Origin: Angustibacter luteus
GTDB lineage: Bacteria; Actinomycetota; Actinomycetes; Actinomycetales; Angustibacteraceae
Length of the DNA: 64,000 bases
Direction: 5' to 3'
NCBI RefSeq assembly: GCF_039541115.1
Contig: NZ_BAABFP010000005.1
Span: 186,001-250,000 of the forward strand
Under the pieces are notes generated by a model. That model had not been told where the DNA came from. It made no database searches and saw nothing but the letters and a program-made list of their open reading frames with translations. The position numbers were made by a program, and so were the translations under genes. Positions 21,462 to 30,367 of the stretch are shown in pieces; the first letter of the stretch is position 1; every line of letters starts with the position of its first letter.

Positions 21462-22621
21462 GCCCGCACGCCCTGACCGCACCGCAGTACGGGACCGGCA
21501 CGCTCGCCGACCTGATGCCCGCGGTCGTGCGCAGCCTCGGTGTCGACCTGCTGGACCGCGTGCTGCCGGAGGTCGCGCCGTCCGGGCCGTTGGCCCTGGC
21601 CCCCACGGAGCGGGCCTGCGTCCTGCTCGTCGACGGCCTGGGTGACCTGCTGCTGCGTGAGCGCGCCGGTCACGCGCCGTTCCTGCGCGGCCAGCTGGAG
21701 CGCACCGGCACGTTGACCGCGGGCTTCCCGACCACGACGGCCACCAGCATGGGCAGCCTGGGCACCGGATTGCCTCCGGGGGCGCACGGCCTGGTCGGGT
21801 ACGAGGTCCTCGTCCCGGAGCGCGACGAGCTGCTGAACGAGCTGTCCTGGGAGCCGGCGGTCGACCCACGGCGCTGGCAGCGCGAGACCACCATGTTCCA
21901 GCACGCCGCCGCCGCGGGGCTGGACGTCGTCCGGATCGGGCCGGGCTTCTTCGACGGGTCCGGGCTGACCGAGGCGGCGCTGCGCGGCGGTCGGTTCGTG
22001 GCCGCGGACTCCCTCGACGACCGGGTGGACGCCGCGATCGCCGCGCTACGCGCCTCGCCGCGCGCCCTCGTGTACGTCTACTGGGGGGACGTCGACAAGG
22101 TCGGTCACGTCAGCGGCTGCGGTTCGTGGGAGTGGGGCGAGGAGCTGGCCCGCGTCGACCTCGCGGTACGCCGGCTCGTCGGCGGCCTGCCCCGGGGCAC
22201 GACCCTGCACGTGACCGCCGACCACGGCATGGTCGACGTGCCGCACCACCAGCGGATCGACCTGGCGCACGACGCCGAGCTCGCCAAGGACGTGCGGCAC
22301 AGCGGCGGTGAGCCGCGCTGCCCGCAGCTGTACTGCGAGCCCGACCGGGCGGAGTCCGTGCAGGCGACGTGGACCGAGCGGCTGGGCGAGCGGGCAGACG
22401 TGCTGTCCCGGGCGCAGGCGGTGGACGCGGGGCTGTTCGGCGTCGTCGCCTCCCACGTCACCGAGCGCATCGGCGACGTCGTGGTGGTCTGCCGCCCCGG
22501 CCTGGCGGTGGTCGACTCGCGCCGGATGCGACCCGCCCTGCTCGCCCTGGTCGGCCTGCACGGCGCGCTCACCCCGCAGGAGTCGCTCGTGCCCCTGCTG
22601 ACCATCGACGGCCCTTCGTGA
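21458..22621 (+). CDS. Alkaline phosphatase superfamily nucleotide pyrophosphatase/phosphodiesterase
   Basis: LVDGLG, FPTTTAT, DKVGH, TADHG, GLHG. Confidence 0.88.
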   Translation: MSPHALTAPQYGTGTLADLMPAVVRSLGVDLLDRVLPEVAPSGPLALAPTERACVLLVDGLGDLLLRERAGHAPFLRGQLERTGTLTAGFPTTTATSMGSLGTGLPPGAHGLVGYEVLVPERDELLNELSWEPAVDPRRWQRETTMFQHAAAAGLDVVRIGPGFFDGSGLTEAALRGGRFVAADSLDDRVDAAIAALRASPRALVYVYWGDVDKVGHVSGCGSWEWGEELARVDLAVRRLVGGLPRGTTLHVTADHGMVDVPHHQRIDLAHDAELAKDVRHSGGEPRCPQLYCEPDRAESVQATWTERLGERADVLSRAQAVDAGLFGVVASHVTERIGDVVVVCRPGLAVVDSRRMRPALLALVGLHGALTPQESLVPLLTIDGPS

Positions 22622-22633
22622 CAGGATTCACCG

Positions 22634-23353
22634 GTGGCTGAGCTCGTCTTCTTCTCCGGGACCATGGACTGCGGCAAGTCGACCCTGGCCCTGCAGATGA
22701 ACCACAACCACACCGTGGCCGGACGCGCCGGCCTGATGTTCACCCAGCAGGACCGGGCCGGCGAGGCCGTGCTGAGCAGCCGGCTCGGGCTGCTCGGCGA
22801 CGCCCTCGAGGTCACCCCCGACCTCGACTTCTGGGACGTCGTCGTCGCCCGGCGGATGTCCGGCGGGCGGGTCGACTTCGTGATCTGCGACGAGGCCCAG
22901 TTCTACGCGCCCGACCAGGTGGACCAGCTGGCCCGGCTGGTCGACGAGATGGCGGTGGACGTCTTCGCGTTCGGCATCACCGCCGACTTCCGCACCCGGC
23001 TGTTCCCCGGCTCGCAGCGGCTGATCGAGCTCGCGGACCGGGTCCAGGTGCTGCAGGTCGAGGCGCTCTGCTGGTGCGGTGCGCGGGCGACGCACAACGC
23101 GCGCACCGAGGACGGCGTCATGGTCGTCGAGGGTGCCCAGGTCGTCGTGGGTGACACGAACGTCGGGTCCGGCGAGATCGGCTACGAGGTGCTGTGCCGG
23201 CGGCACCACATGCGTCGGATGACCCGGCACGCGGCGCAGGCCGCTGCGATGTCGCCGGACGTGCTGCCGCTGGACCTCGACATCTGCCCGGTGCCGCCGC
23301 TTCGCGCGGCCCCGAGCCAGCCGACGAGCCAGCCGACGAGCCAGGCGGGGTAG
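22634..23353 (+). CDS. tdk: Thymidine kinase
   Basis: GTMDCGKST, CDEAQF, FGITADFR, CWCG...YEVLCRRH. Confidence 0.93.
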   Translation: MAELVFFSGTMDCGKSTLALQMNHNHTVAGRAGLMFTQQDRAGEAVLSSRLGLLGDALEVTPDLDFWDVVVARRMSGGRVDFVICDEAQFYAPDQVDQLARLVDEMAVDVFAFGITADFRTRLFPGSQRLIELADRVQVLQVEALCWCGARATHNARTEDGVMVVEGAQVVVGDTNVGSGEIGYEVLCRRHHMRRMTRHAAQAAAMSPDVLPLDLDICPVPPLRAAPSQPTSQPTSQAG

Positions 23354-23355
23354 CC

Positions 23356-23934
23356 GTGGACGCCGAGGGCTGGGACGCCCGCTACGCCGACGCACCGATG
23401 GTGTGGTCGGCCGGACCGAACGCGCTGTTCGCCTCCCTCGCCCGGGACTGGTTGCCGGGACGGGCGCTCGACGTCGCCACCGGGGAGGGACGCACCGCGA
23501 TCTGGCTCGCGACGCTCGGCTGGCAGGTCACCGCTGTCGACTTCTCCGCGACCGGGATCGAGAAGGGGCGTGAACGCGCTGCGGCACAGGGACTCTCGGT
23601 CGACTGGGTGGTGGACGACGTCACCACGGCCGAGCTGGGCACCGGCTTCGACCTGGTCACCCTCCTGTACCTGCAGCTCGAGCACGAGCAGATGGCTGGC
23701 GTCGTCGGACGCTGCGTCGAGGCCCTCGTGCCGGGCGGTCGCCTGGTCGTGATCGCGCACGACCTCGACAACATCGCGCGCGGCGTCGGCGGGCCGCAGG
23801 ACCCGTCGGTGCTGCCCACCGTCGCGTTGCTGCGCGACTGGGCGCGGGGCGCGAGCATCGAGCGGGCCGAGCAGGTCGAGCGGGTCACGGACGCCGGTAC
23901 CGCGATCGACGTCCTGCTGGTGGCGACGAGATGA
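23356..23934 (+). CDS. Class I SAM-dependent methyltransferase
   Basis: WDARY, ALDVATGEGR, AVDFS, LVPGG, GGPQD. Confidence 0.85.
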   Translation: MDAEGWDARYADAPMVWSAGPNALFASLARDWLPGRALDVATGEGRTAIWLATLGWQVTAVDFSATGIEKGRERAAAQGLSVDWVVDDVTTAELGTGFDLVTLLYLQLEHEQMAGVVGRCVEALVPGGRLVVIAHDLDNIARGVGGPQDPSVLPTVALLRDWARGASIERAEQVERVTDAGTAIDVLLVATR

Positions 23935-24395
23935 GCGACCACCAGCACGAGCACCGCCAGGACGCCGAGGCCGCGGTCGAGCGCGCCGCCGCCCTCCTGC
24001 GCGCCCGGGGCGACCGGATGACCGGCCCGCGCCGGGTGGTGATCACGGCCCTCGCCGCCCGCCGTGCGCACCTGACGGCTGACCAGGTGGTCTCGGCGGT
24101 CGCCGAGCAGGACGCGTCGGTGCACCGCGCATCCGTCTACCGCACCCTCGAGACGCTCAGCCAGCTCGGCGTCGTCCAGCACGTGCACGTCGGGCACGGC
24201 ACCACGACCTACCACCTGGCCGGCACCGAGGCGCACCTGCACGCGCAGTGCGAGTCCTGCGGCACCGTGCTCGACCTGTCGGGCGCGCTGCTCGACGAGG
24301 TCGCCGCCCAGGTGCTGGCCGAGCACGGGTTCGCGCTGGACCCCTCGCACGTCGCGCTGTCCGGCTCCTGCGCGGACTGCCGGGAGCAGCAGTGA
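23931..24395 (+). CDS. Fur family transcriptional regulator
   Basis: RMTGPRR, SVYRTLETL, HLHAQCESCG, CADC. Confidence 0.9.
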   Translation: MSDHQHEHRQDAEAAVERAAALLRARGDRMTGPRRVVITALAARRAHLTADQVVSAVAEQDASVHRASVYRTLETLSQLGVVQHVHVGHGTTTYHLAGTEAHLHAQCESCGTVLDLSGALLDEVAAQVLAEHGFALDPSHVALSGSCADCREQQ

Positions 24396-24913
24396 GCGCG
24401 GCGCCGATCCGGCAGGTCGGCGACCCCGTCCTGCGCACGGCCACGTCCCCGGTGCTGGCGTTCGACGCGGCGCTGGCCGCACTGGTTGACCGGATGTGGG
24501 TGTCGATGCATGCCGCCCAGGGGGTGGGGTTGGCCGCCAACCAGATCGGCGTCGGGCTGTCGGTCTTCGTCTACGAGGTGGACGACGAGGCCGGCGTCGT
24601 CGTGAACCCCACCGTGGTGGAGACGTCCGGCGAGGTCGTCGTCGACGGTGAGGGCTGCCTGTCCGTCGTCGGTCAGGTGTTCGACACGCCTCGGTTCGAG
24701 CGCGCGGTGGTGACCGGCTTCGACGTGCACGGGCAGCCGGTGCGGGTCGCCGGAGAGGGTCTGCTCGGACGCTGCCTGCAGCACGAGACCGACCACCTGA
24801 AGGGCCTGCTGTACCTGGACCACCTCAGTGGTGCGGACCGGCGGGCCGCGATCACCGAGGCGGCGGCCCGCGAGTCACGTCGTCCGAGCGGCGGGGCGTT
24901 CGGCGCGTTCTGA
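24392..24913 (+). CDS. def: Peptide deformylase
   Basis: GDPVLR, GVGLAANQIG, EGCLS, QHETDHL. Confidence 0.93.
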   Translation: MSAAPIRQVGDPVLRTATSPVLAFDAALAALVDRMWVSMHAAQGVGLAANQIGVGLSVFVYEVDDEAGVVVNPTVVETSGEVVVDGEGCLSVVGQVFDTPRFERAVVTGFDVHGQPVRVAGEGLLGRCLQHETDHLKGLLYLDHLSGADRRAAITEAAARESRRPSGGAFGAF

Positions 24914-24947
24914 CCCCGACGGTGTGCCCAGGGGCTACGGTCCGGTC

Positions 24948-25337
24948 ATGATCGACATCGAGGACGCGGACGCCCAGTGGGTCGCGGCTCTGCTGGCCCG
25001 GGACACCGACGGGGCCGCTCGCTGGCTGCACGAGGACTACGCCCTGGTGCTGGTCCACCCGGTCCCGGCCCACGTGGACCGCGCCGAGTGGCTGCGCACG
25101 CTGCCCGACTACGTCGTCAGCCAGTGGGACGTCGCCGGGTCGCAGTGGGACCAGCAGGGCGACGTCGCCGTCCACCTGCAGATGATCGACATGCGAGCCG
25201 TCGTCGCCGGGGTCGAGCGGGACGGACCGTTCGCCATCACCGACACCTGGCTGCGTACCCCGCAGGGGTGGCGGGTCTGGCGCCGGCACTCCACGCCGCT
25301 GCGGGCCGGCGGGATCCCGAGGCCGCACGCCGAGTAG
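24948..25337 (+). CDS. NTF2-like (DUF4440) protein
   Basis: About 130 aa with WVAALLARD...ITDTWLRTPQGWRVWRRHST pattern. Confidence 0.75.
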   Translation: MIDIEDADAQWVAALLARDTDGAARWLHEDYALVLVHPVPAHVDRAEWLRTLPDYVVSQWDVAGSQWDQQGDVAVHLQMIDMRAVVAGVERDGPFAITDTWLRTPQGWRVWRRHSTPLRAGGIPRPHAE

Positions 25338-25419
25338 CGCCCCGCCGTGCGCCCACTCGTACCCCGCGAGGTTCGTGAATCGCTGAGCGTGCCGGTCAGG
25401 GATCGGCGATGCTCGACGG

Positions 25420-26229
25420 GTGGAGCTGCGAGCCGACTGCAGTCGCTGTGCCGGACTGTGCTGCGTCGTGCCGGCCTTCAGCCGGTCGGCGGACTTCGCG
25501 CTGGACAAGCCGGCGGGCCAGCCGTGCGTCAACCTGCTGGCCGACCACCGGTGCTCGATCCACGACACGTTGCGGGACAGGGGATTTGCCGGCTGCACGG
25601 TGTACGACTGCTTCGGGGCCGGTCAGCACGTCGTCCAGCGGACGTTCGGTGGGCGTTCCTGGCAGGACTCGCCCGAGCTCGCGGCCGCGATGTTCCCCGC
25701 CTACCAGCGGATGCGGGACCTGCACGAGCTGCTCTGGTACCTGGCGGACGCCCTCGGCCGGCCCGAGACCGAGCCGGTGCACGACGCGCTGCTGGCGGCG
25801 CAGACGCGGGTCACGGCACTCACCGACCTGGACGCCGACGCGCTGGCCGCTGTCGACAGCGAGGGCTGCCGGCGTGAGGTGGACCCGGTGCTCACCCGGG
25901 CCAGCGAGCTCGTCCGAGGTCCTTCGCGCCGTCCCGCCGAGCGCCGGGGCGCCGACCTGGTGGGCCGGGACCTGTCCGGCGCCGACCTGGTGGGGGCGAA
26001 CCTGCGGGGTGCCTACCTGATCGGGGCGAACCTGCGCGGCGCGGACCTGCGCGGCGCTGACGTGATCGGCGCGGACCTGCGCGGCGCCGACGTCCACGGG
26101 GCCGACCTGTCGTCCACGCTCTACCTCACCGCGTTCCAGGTGAACGCCGCGCGAGGGGACGCCGCCACCGCGCTGCCGCCGTCGATCGGGCGCCCGGGCC
26201 ACTGGCGGGCGTCGAAGCACCGTCGGTGA
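25420..26229 (+). CDS. Pentapeptide-repeat protein with Cys-rich N-terminal domain
   Basis: DCSRCAGLCC...C...C...C..YDCFGAGQ, then A(D/N)LxG repeats. Confidence 0.88.
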   Translation: MELRADCSRCAGLCCVVPAFSRSADFALDKPAGQPCVNLLADHRCSIHDTLRDRGFAGCTVYDCFGAGQHVVQRTFGGRSWQDSPELAAAMFPAYQRMRDLHELLWYLADALGRPETEPVHDALLAAQTRVTALTDLDADALAAVDSEGCRREVDPVLTRASELVRGPSRRPAERRGADLVGRDLSGADLVGANLRGAYLIGANLRGADLRGADVIGADLRGADVHGADLSSTLYLTAFQVNAARGDAATALPPSIGRPGHWRASKHRR

Positions 26230-26247
26230 CGACCGGCGGTTTCACCG

Positions 26248-27300
26248 TCAGCCGGCCCAGGGCTCGTGCTCGGTGGTCACCGCCTCGCCGCGAGCGAGCG
26301 CCTCGTCGACGGCGAGGGCCACCGCGTGGTCGTGCGCGCCGTCCGCGAGCGGGTACGGCGGCGGACCGGCGTCTGCCACCCAGGCCGCCATCTGCTCGAG
26401 GAGCGTCGCGATCGCCACCTCCTCGTCGTTCCACCGCCGACCGACGTACGGGTTGCGGTACAACACGTCCGAGCCGCACGAGATGTGATCGGTGTCGAAG
26501 CCGTCGAGGTCCAGGTCGTAGCCGGTCTGTCGCCGAGTCAGCGCCGATCTCACGATCGTGCGCGGCCCGGTCAGCCGGACGACGTCGTCGTCCCGCAGCT
26601 CGCCGTGGCTGCCGCGGACCAGCAGCCGGCGGAACCGCAGCTGGTTGTGCCACTGGTTGTCGGTGAAGTCGTACACGCCGGAGCGCCCTTCGCCGAAGTC
26701 CAGGGTGGCGATGGTCGTGGTCACCGGGGCAGGGTGCGCCTCGTCGGTCCACCCGTCGCGGTCGAGCGGCTGCACGAGCGGCGCGGTGGTCCGGGTCGCC
26801 TGCACCCGCACCGGCCGGCGACCGGCGTCCAGGAAGCCACGCATCAGCGACACCGCGTGGTACTGGTGCGTGGACGAGACCTGCACCTGGGTCGGGACGC
26901 CGATGGCGCCAGAGCGCACCAGGGCCAGCCGGGCCGCGTGCGAGGGCATGAGCAGGTACTGCTCGGCGACCTGCACGAGCGGGCTGGCCCCGACGTCCGC
27001 CCACAGCGACCGCAGGCCCGGGAGGTCGGGCGCGGGCGGGGTCTCGGCAAGCACCGGCACGCCCGCCGCGACGGCGGCGCGGACCACGCCGGGCGTGGCC
27101 GGCCACGGGACCGCAGTGACCACGAAGTCCGGGCTGGCCCGGCGGACGCAGTCGTCCAGCGACGGGAACGTCGGCACCTCGAGGCCCCGGGGGGACCGGA
27201 CCACCGCGCCCACGCACTCGAGTCCGTCGAGCCCGGCGGCGGCCCGCCAGAAGTAGCCCGCCCGCCAGCCCGACCCGACGACCGCGAAACGTGCGGTCAC
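26248..27300 (-). CDS. Gfo/Idh/MocA family oxidoreductase
   Basis: VVGSGWR Rossmann motif, VLAETPP, QVAEQY, HQYHA. Confidence 0.85.
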   Translation of the reverse strand: MTARFAVVGSGWRAGYFWRAAAGLDGLECVGAVVRSPRGLEVPTFPSLDDCVRRASPDFVVTAVPWPATPGVVRAAVAAGVPVLAETPPAPDLPGLRSLWADVGASPLVQVAEQYLLMPSHAARLALVRSGAIGVPTQVQVSSTHQYHAVSLMRGFLDAGRRPVRVQATRTTAPLVQPLDRDGWTDEAHPAPVTTTIATLDFGEGRSGVYDFTDNQWHNQLRFRRLLVRGSHGELRDDDVVRLTGPRTIVRSALTRRQTGYDLDLDGFDTDHISCGSDVLYRNPYVGRRWNDEEVAIATLLEQMAAWVADAGPPPYPLADGAHDHAVALAVDEALARGEAVTTEHEPWAG

Positions 27301-27380
27301 CAGAAGAAGTGCCCGACCAGGATGCCGAGCACGAACCACGCCAGACCGCCGAGGACGCCGAAGACCACCGGCTTGTTCAT
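27297..27380 (-). CDS. 27-aa single-TM small protein (MNKPVVFGVLGGLAWFVLGILVGHFFW)
   Basis: Fills the intergenic gap exactly. ATGA overlap with the upstream stop and GTGA overlap with the downstream start. GC3-rich codons. Confidence 0.7.
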   Translation of the reverse strand: MNKPVVFGVLGGLAWFVLGILVGHFFW

Positions 27381-28327
27381 CGCCATCTGCGCAGGATAGG
27401 CAGCCGGTCGGCCCGCGACCAGAGCAGTCGCCCGGCCTGCCGGACCGCTGCGCCCCGGCACGGCCCGATCCACAGGTGGAACGCGGCGAACCGGTGCACG
27501 CCGGGGACGTCGACGAAGCGGTGCGCCGCCGCGCGCACCTCGGCAAGCTGGCCCAGGGTCATCGCCAGCCGTGCCTCGTCCGGCTGGTACGTCGCACCGA
27601 CCGGGTAGTCCACGCCAGGCGTGCTGGTCATCTCGATGTGGCAGCCCAGGACGTGCCGCACCGCCCGGTCCTCGACCAGGGCGGCCAGCCGGTCCAGGCT
27701 CGCCGCGAACGCTCGGGGGTCGCGGACGTAGAGGCGTCCCGGGTAGACGGAGTCGCCGGTGAGCAGCAGGCCGGCCCAGCGGTCGAGCAGCGCGACGTGC
27801 GCCGGGTGGTGGCCGGGGATCGCGAGGACGTCGAGCACCCGACCGCCCAGGTCGAGCTCGGCCCGGTCCCGCGGCCAGTCGGCGAGACCGAAGAACGCAC
27901 GGACCGCAGATACCTCGTGGCCGACGACCACCGTGTGCGGCCGGTCCGACAGCTGGCCGTCCCCGGCGACGTGGTCGCCGTGGGCGTGGGAGTGCACCAC
28001 CACCAGGCCGTAGCCGTCGCGGTCGGCTGCGGCCAGCCACCGCGACGTCCACTCCCGGACGAGGCTGTCCACGGTGTCGCGCAACGGAAACCGCGCCCGG
28101 TCCTTGGTCGCCCCGGTGTCCAGCAGCAGTGCTCGCTCGTTGCCGAACAGCAGGTACAGGAACGGCGCCTCGAAGGTGACCGACTTGCTCTGCCGGATGA
28201 TCGCGGTGTGCTCGTCGTACCAGTGCACCTGCAGCAGCGGGTCCGGAGCGCCACCGGGACGCTGCCCGTGGATCCACCGCGCCGGCAGGACCCCGGCCGA
28301 GTCCGTGGACCCGAAGTCGACGCTCAC
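27377..28327 (-). CDS. MBL-fold metallo-hydrolase
   Basis: LLDTG, HSHAHGDH, PGHH, LTGDS, GCH. Confidence 0.88.
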   Translation of the reverse strand: MSVDFGSTDSAGVLPARWIHGQRPGGAPDPLLQVHWYDEHTAIIRQSKSVTFEAPFLYLLFGNERALLLDTGATKDRARFPLRDTVDSLVREWTSRWLAAADRDGYGLVVVHSHAHGDHVAGDGQLSDRPHTVVVGHEVSAVRAFFGLADWPRDRAELDLGGRVLDVLAIPGHHPAHVALLDRWAGLLLTGDSVYPGRLYVRDPRAFAASLDRLAALVEDRAVRHVLGCHIEMTSTPGVDYPVGATYQPDEARLAMTLGQLAEVRAAAHRFVDVPGVHRFAAFHLWIGPCRGAAVRQAGRLLWSRADRLPILRRWR

Positions 28328-28354
28328 CGGACGCTCACCAGCGGGCCGGACCGG

Positions 28355-29626
28355 TCAGTCGCGCTTGGCGCCGAACATGATGTCGTCCCAGCTCGGCACA
28401 CTCGAGCGGCGAGCGCGGGCGGCGGGGCGGTGCTTGCCCGGACCGCCGTGCTCGTCATCCGGCTCGTCCGGCTCGTCCGACGTGGCGTCGAGGGCCGTGT
28501 CGGACGTCGTGTCGGACGTCGGTTCGGACGTCGTGTCGACCTCGGGCTCGGGTGCCAGCTGGGCGATCTCCACGGGCTCCGGCACGGGGATCTCGCCGGT
28601 GTCCTCGTCGTCCGCCCGAGCGGCCTCGTGCATCTGGGCCGCGAGGGGCCACCGGTGCGGCTCGGCCACCGGCTCGGTCGACTCCGCTGCCTTGGTGGCC
28701 TCGGCGACGAGCGCGGCGACCTCGCTGGCCGGCGGGTGCGCCGCCGGCGGGTCACCGAGCAGGGCGGGGTCCAGCTCGAGCGGGGCCTCGACCGGCGCAC
28801 GCCGACGCCTCGCGGGGTGCCGGGCCCCGGGGACGTCGGCCGGGTCGACCGGCTCGCTGTGCGGGCGGCGGGTCGTGGTGCGGTGCAGGTCACGCTCTCG
28901 GCGGCGTGAGCGCATCGCGGTCATCAGGTCGAGCGGGTCGTCCACGTCGGAGCGCTCGCGGACCGGCGGCCCGTCCACCCCGCCGTCGGCCTCGATGTCG
29001 TAGAGGCTGCCGTTGGGCACCGCAGCGAGCCGGGCACCGCCGAGCGGGCCGTCCGCCTCCGGTGCCTGCTCGCTCAGCCAGCGCGCCTCGTCGTCCGCCG
29101 GCGTCACGGTGCGCGCGGTGGCGTCGAAGTGCCACCGGGCCTGCCGGGTCCGACCACCGGCCGGGAAGGTCAGGACCACGGTCCACGGGCCGTCATCCGT
29201 GCGCCAGCTGTCCCAGCTGACCGTGTCGGGGTCGACGCCGCGCCCGGCCAGCCGACGACCGACCTCCGTACCGAGGGTGACCTGGTCCTTGCCGCGGCCG
29301 CGCAGGGTGACCGCGCGGGCCATCTCGGCGACGTGCTCACGTTCGGCCAGCACGGGTCCCTCGTAGCGCCGGACCCGGTCCACGGGCCAGCCGCAGGCCG
29401 CGGCGACGTCCTCGGCAGTGGCGCCGGCCCGGACCCGGGCCTGCACCTCGGCGGGCCGAAGGCCGCCGCCCATCTCGATCTGCAGCTGGCCGAGGTGCGC
29501 CCGGTCGCGGCGGACCGCGGCCCGCAGCGCCTCGTCGACCGACAGCAGGAAGCGCTGGCCGTCGGCGTCGCCGAGCACCAGGTGCTCGCCGTCGTCGTGG
29601 ACCCCGACGAGTCGCAGGTCGTGCAT
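28355..29626 (-). CDS. sepH: Septation protein SepH (DUF3071)
   Basis: LRPAEVQARVRAGATAEDVA, RVRRYEGPVLAER, WDSWR, C-terminal RSSVPSWDDIMFG. Confidence 0.92.
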   Translation of the reverse strand: MHDLRLVGVHDDGEHLVLGDADGQRFLLSVDEALRAAVRRDRAHLGQLQIEMGGGLRPAEVQARVRAGATAEDVAAACGWPVDRVRRYEGPVLAEREHVAEMARAVTLRGRGKDQVTLGTEVGRRLAGRGVDPDTVSWDSWRTDDGPWTVVLTFPAGGRTRQARWHFDATARTVTPADDEARWLSEQAPEADGPLGGARLAAVPNGSLYDIEADGGVDGPPVRERSDVDDPLDLMTAMRSRRRERDLHRTTTRRPHSEPVDPADVPGARHPARRRRAPVEAPLELDPALLGDPPAAHPPASEVAALVAEATKAAESTEPVAEPHRWPLAAQMHEAARADDEDTGEIPVPEPVEIAQLAPEPEVDTTSEPTSDTTSDTALDATSDEPDEPDDEHGGPGKHRPAARARRSSVPSWDDIMFGAKRD

Positions 29627-29719
29627 CCCGAAAACCTCCAGATCGTGGCAGGTCCGACTCTGCCACCGTGACGGCTCGGATCGCGGCAGGCGCGCCCGAG
29701 GCGCCTAGGCTGGCTGCCC

Positions 29720-30367
29720 GTGATCCTTCCTGATGCTCGGCTCCAGCTCGTGCTCGACCTCGTCGGGGTGCTGGTGTTCGCGATCTCCGGCGGTCTCGTC
29801 GCCGTCAAGAAGCAGCTCGACCTGTTCGGGGTGCTGGTCCTGGCCCTGGTGGCCGGCCTCGGCGGCGGCGTCCTGCGCGACCTGCTGATCGGCGTGGTCC
29901 CGCCCACCGGCGTCACCGACTGGCGACTGGTGGCGGCCGGCGCCCTCGGTGGCGTGCTCACCTTCCTGTGGCACCCGGCCTTCGGCCGGATCTCGCGGAT
30001 CGTCAAGGTGCTGGACGCCGCCGGGCTCGGCGCCTTCTGCGTCAGCGGCGCACTGACCGCCCTGGCGCTGGGCATGCCGGACCTGACCTGCGTCATCGTC
30101 GGCACCCTGTCAGCCATCGGGGGCGGGATGCTCCGCGACGTCCTGGCCCGGGAGGTGCCGGAGGTGCTGACCCGCGAGCTGTACGCGGTGCCGGCGGCCC
30201 TCGGTGCCACGCTGGTGGTCGGCGCGCACGAGCTGGACCTGCTCGGCCCGGGGGTGGCGCTGGGCTGCGCGGCGCTCGTGTTCGGCGTCCGGATGATCGC
30301 CGTGGTGCTCGACCTGAACGCCCCGCGGCCGCTGCGCACCCAACCGCCGGGCACAATCGAGCCGTGA
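29720..30367 (+). CDS. Trimeric intracellular cation channel (UPF0126) family protein
   Basis: FAISG, DLFGV, duplicated GGG(V/M)LRD(L/V)L, LDAAGL. Confidence 0.9.
   Translation: MILPDARLQLVLDLVGVLVFAISGGLVAVKKQLDLFGVLVLALVAGLGGGVLRDLLIGVVPPTGVTDWRLVAAGALGGVLTFLWHPAFGRISRIVKVLDAAGLGAFCVSGALTALALGMPDLTCVIVGTLSAIGGGMLRDVLAREVPEVLTRELYAVPAALGATLVVGAHELDLLGPGVALGCAALVFGVRMIAVVLDLNAPRPLRTQPPGTIEP

Noticed and set aside
22618..22641. Micro-ORF VTGFTGG* overlapping the tdk start
   Set aside because: Its stop lies past the tdk start rather than at a 4-nt overlap, and AGGA upstream can serve as SD. Likely chance.
25945..26110. 15-bp periodic DNA repeats as a CRISPR array or Qnr determinant
   Set aside because: They are the coding pentapeptide repeats. 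No spacers or cas genes, and the architecture differs from Qnr.
27377..28327. MBL-fold gene as a metallo-beta-lactamase resistance gene
   Set aside because: HxHxDH is common to the whole superfamily, and there is no signal peptide or mobile context.
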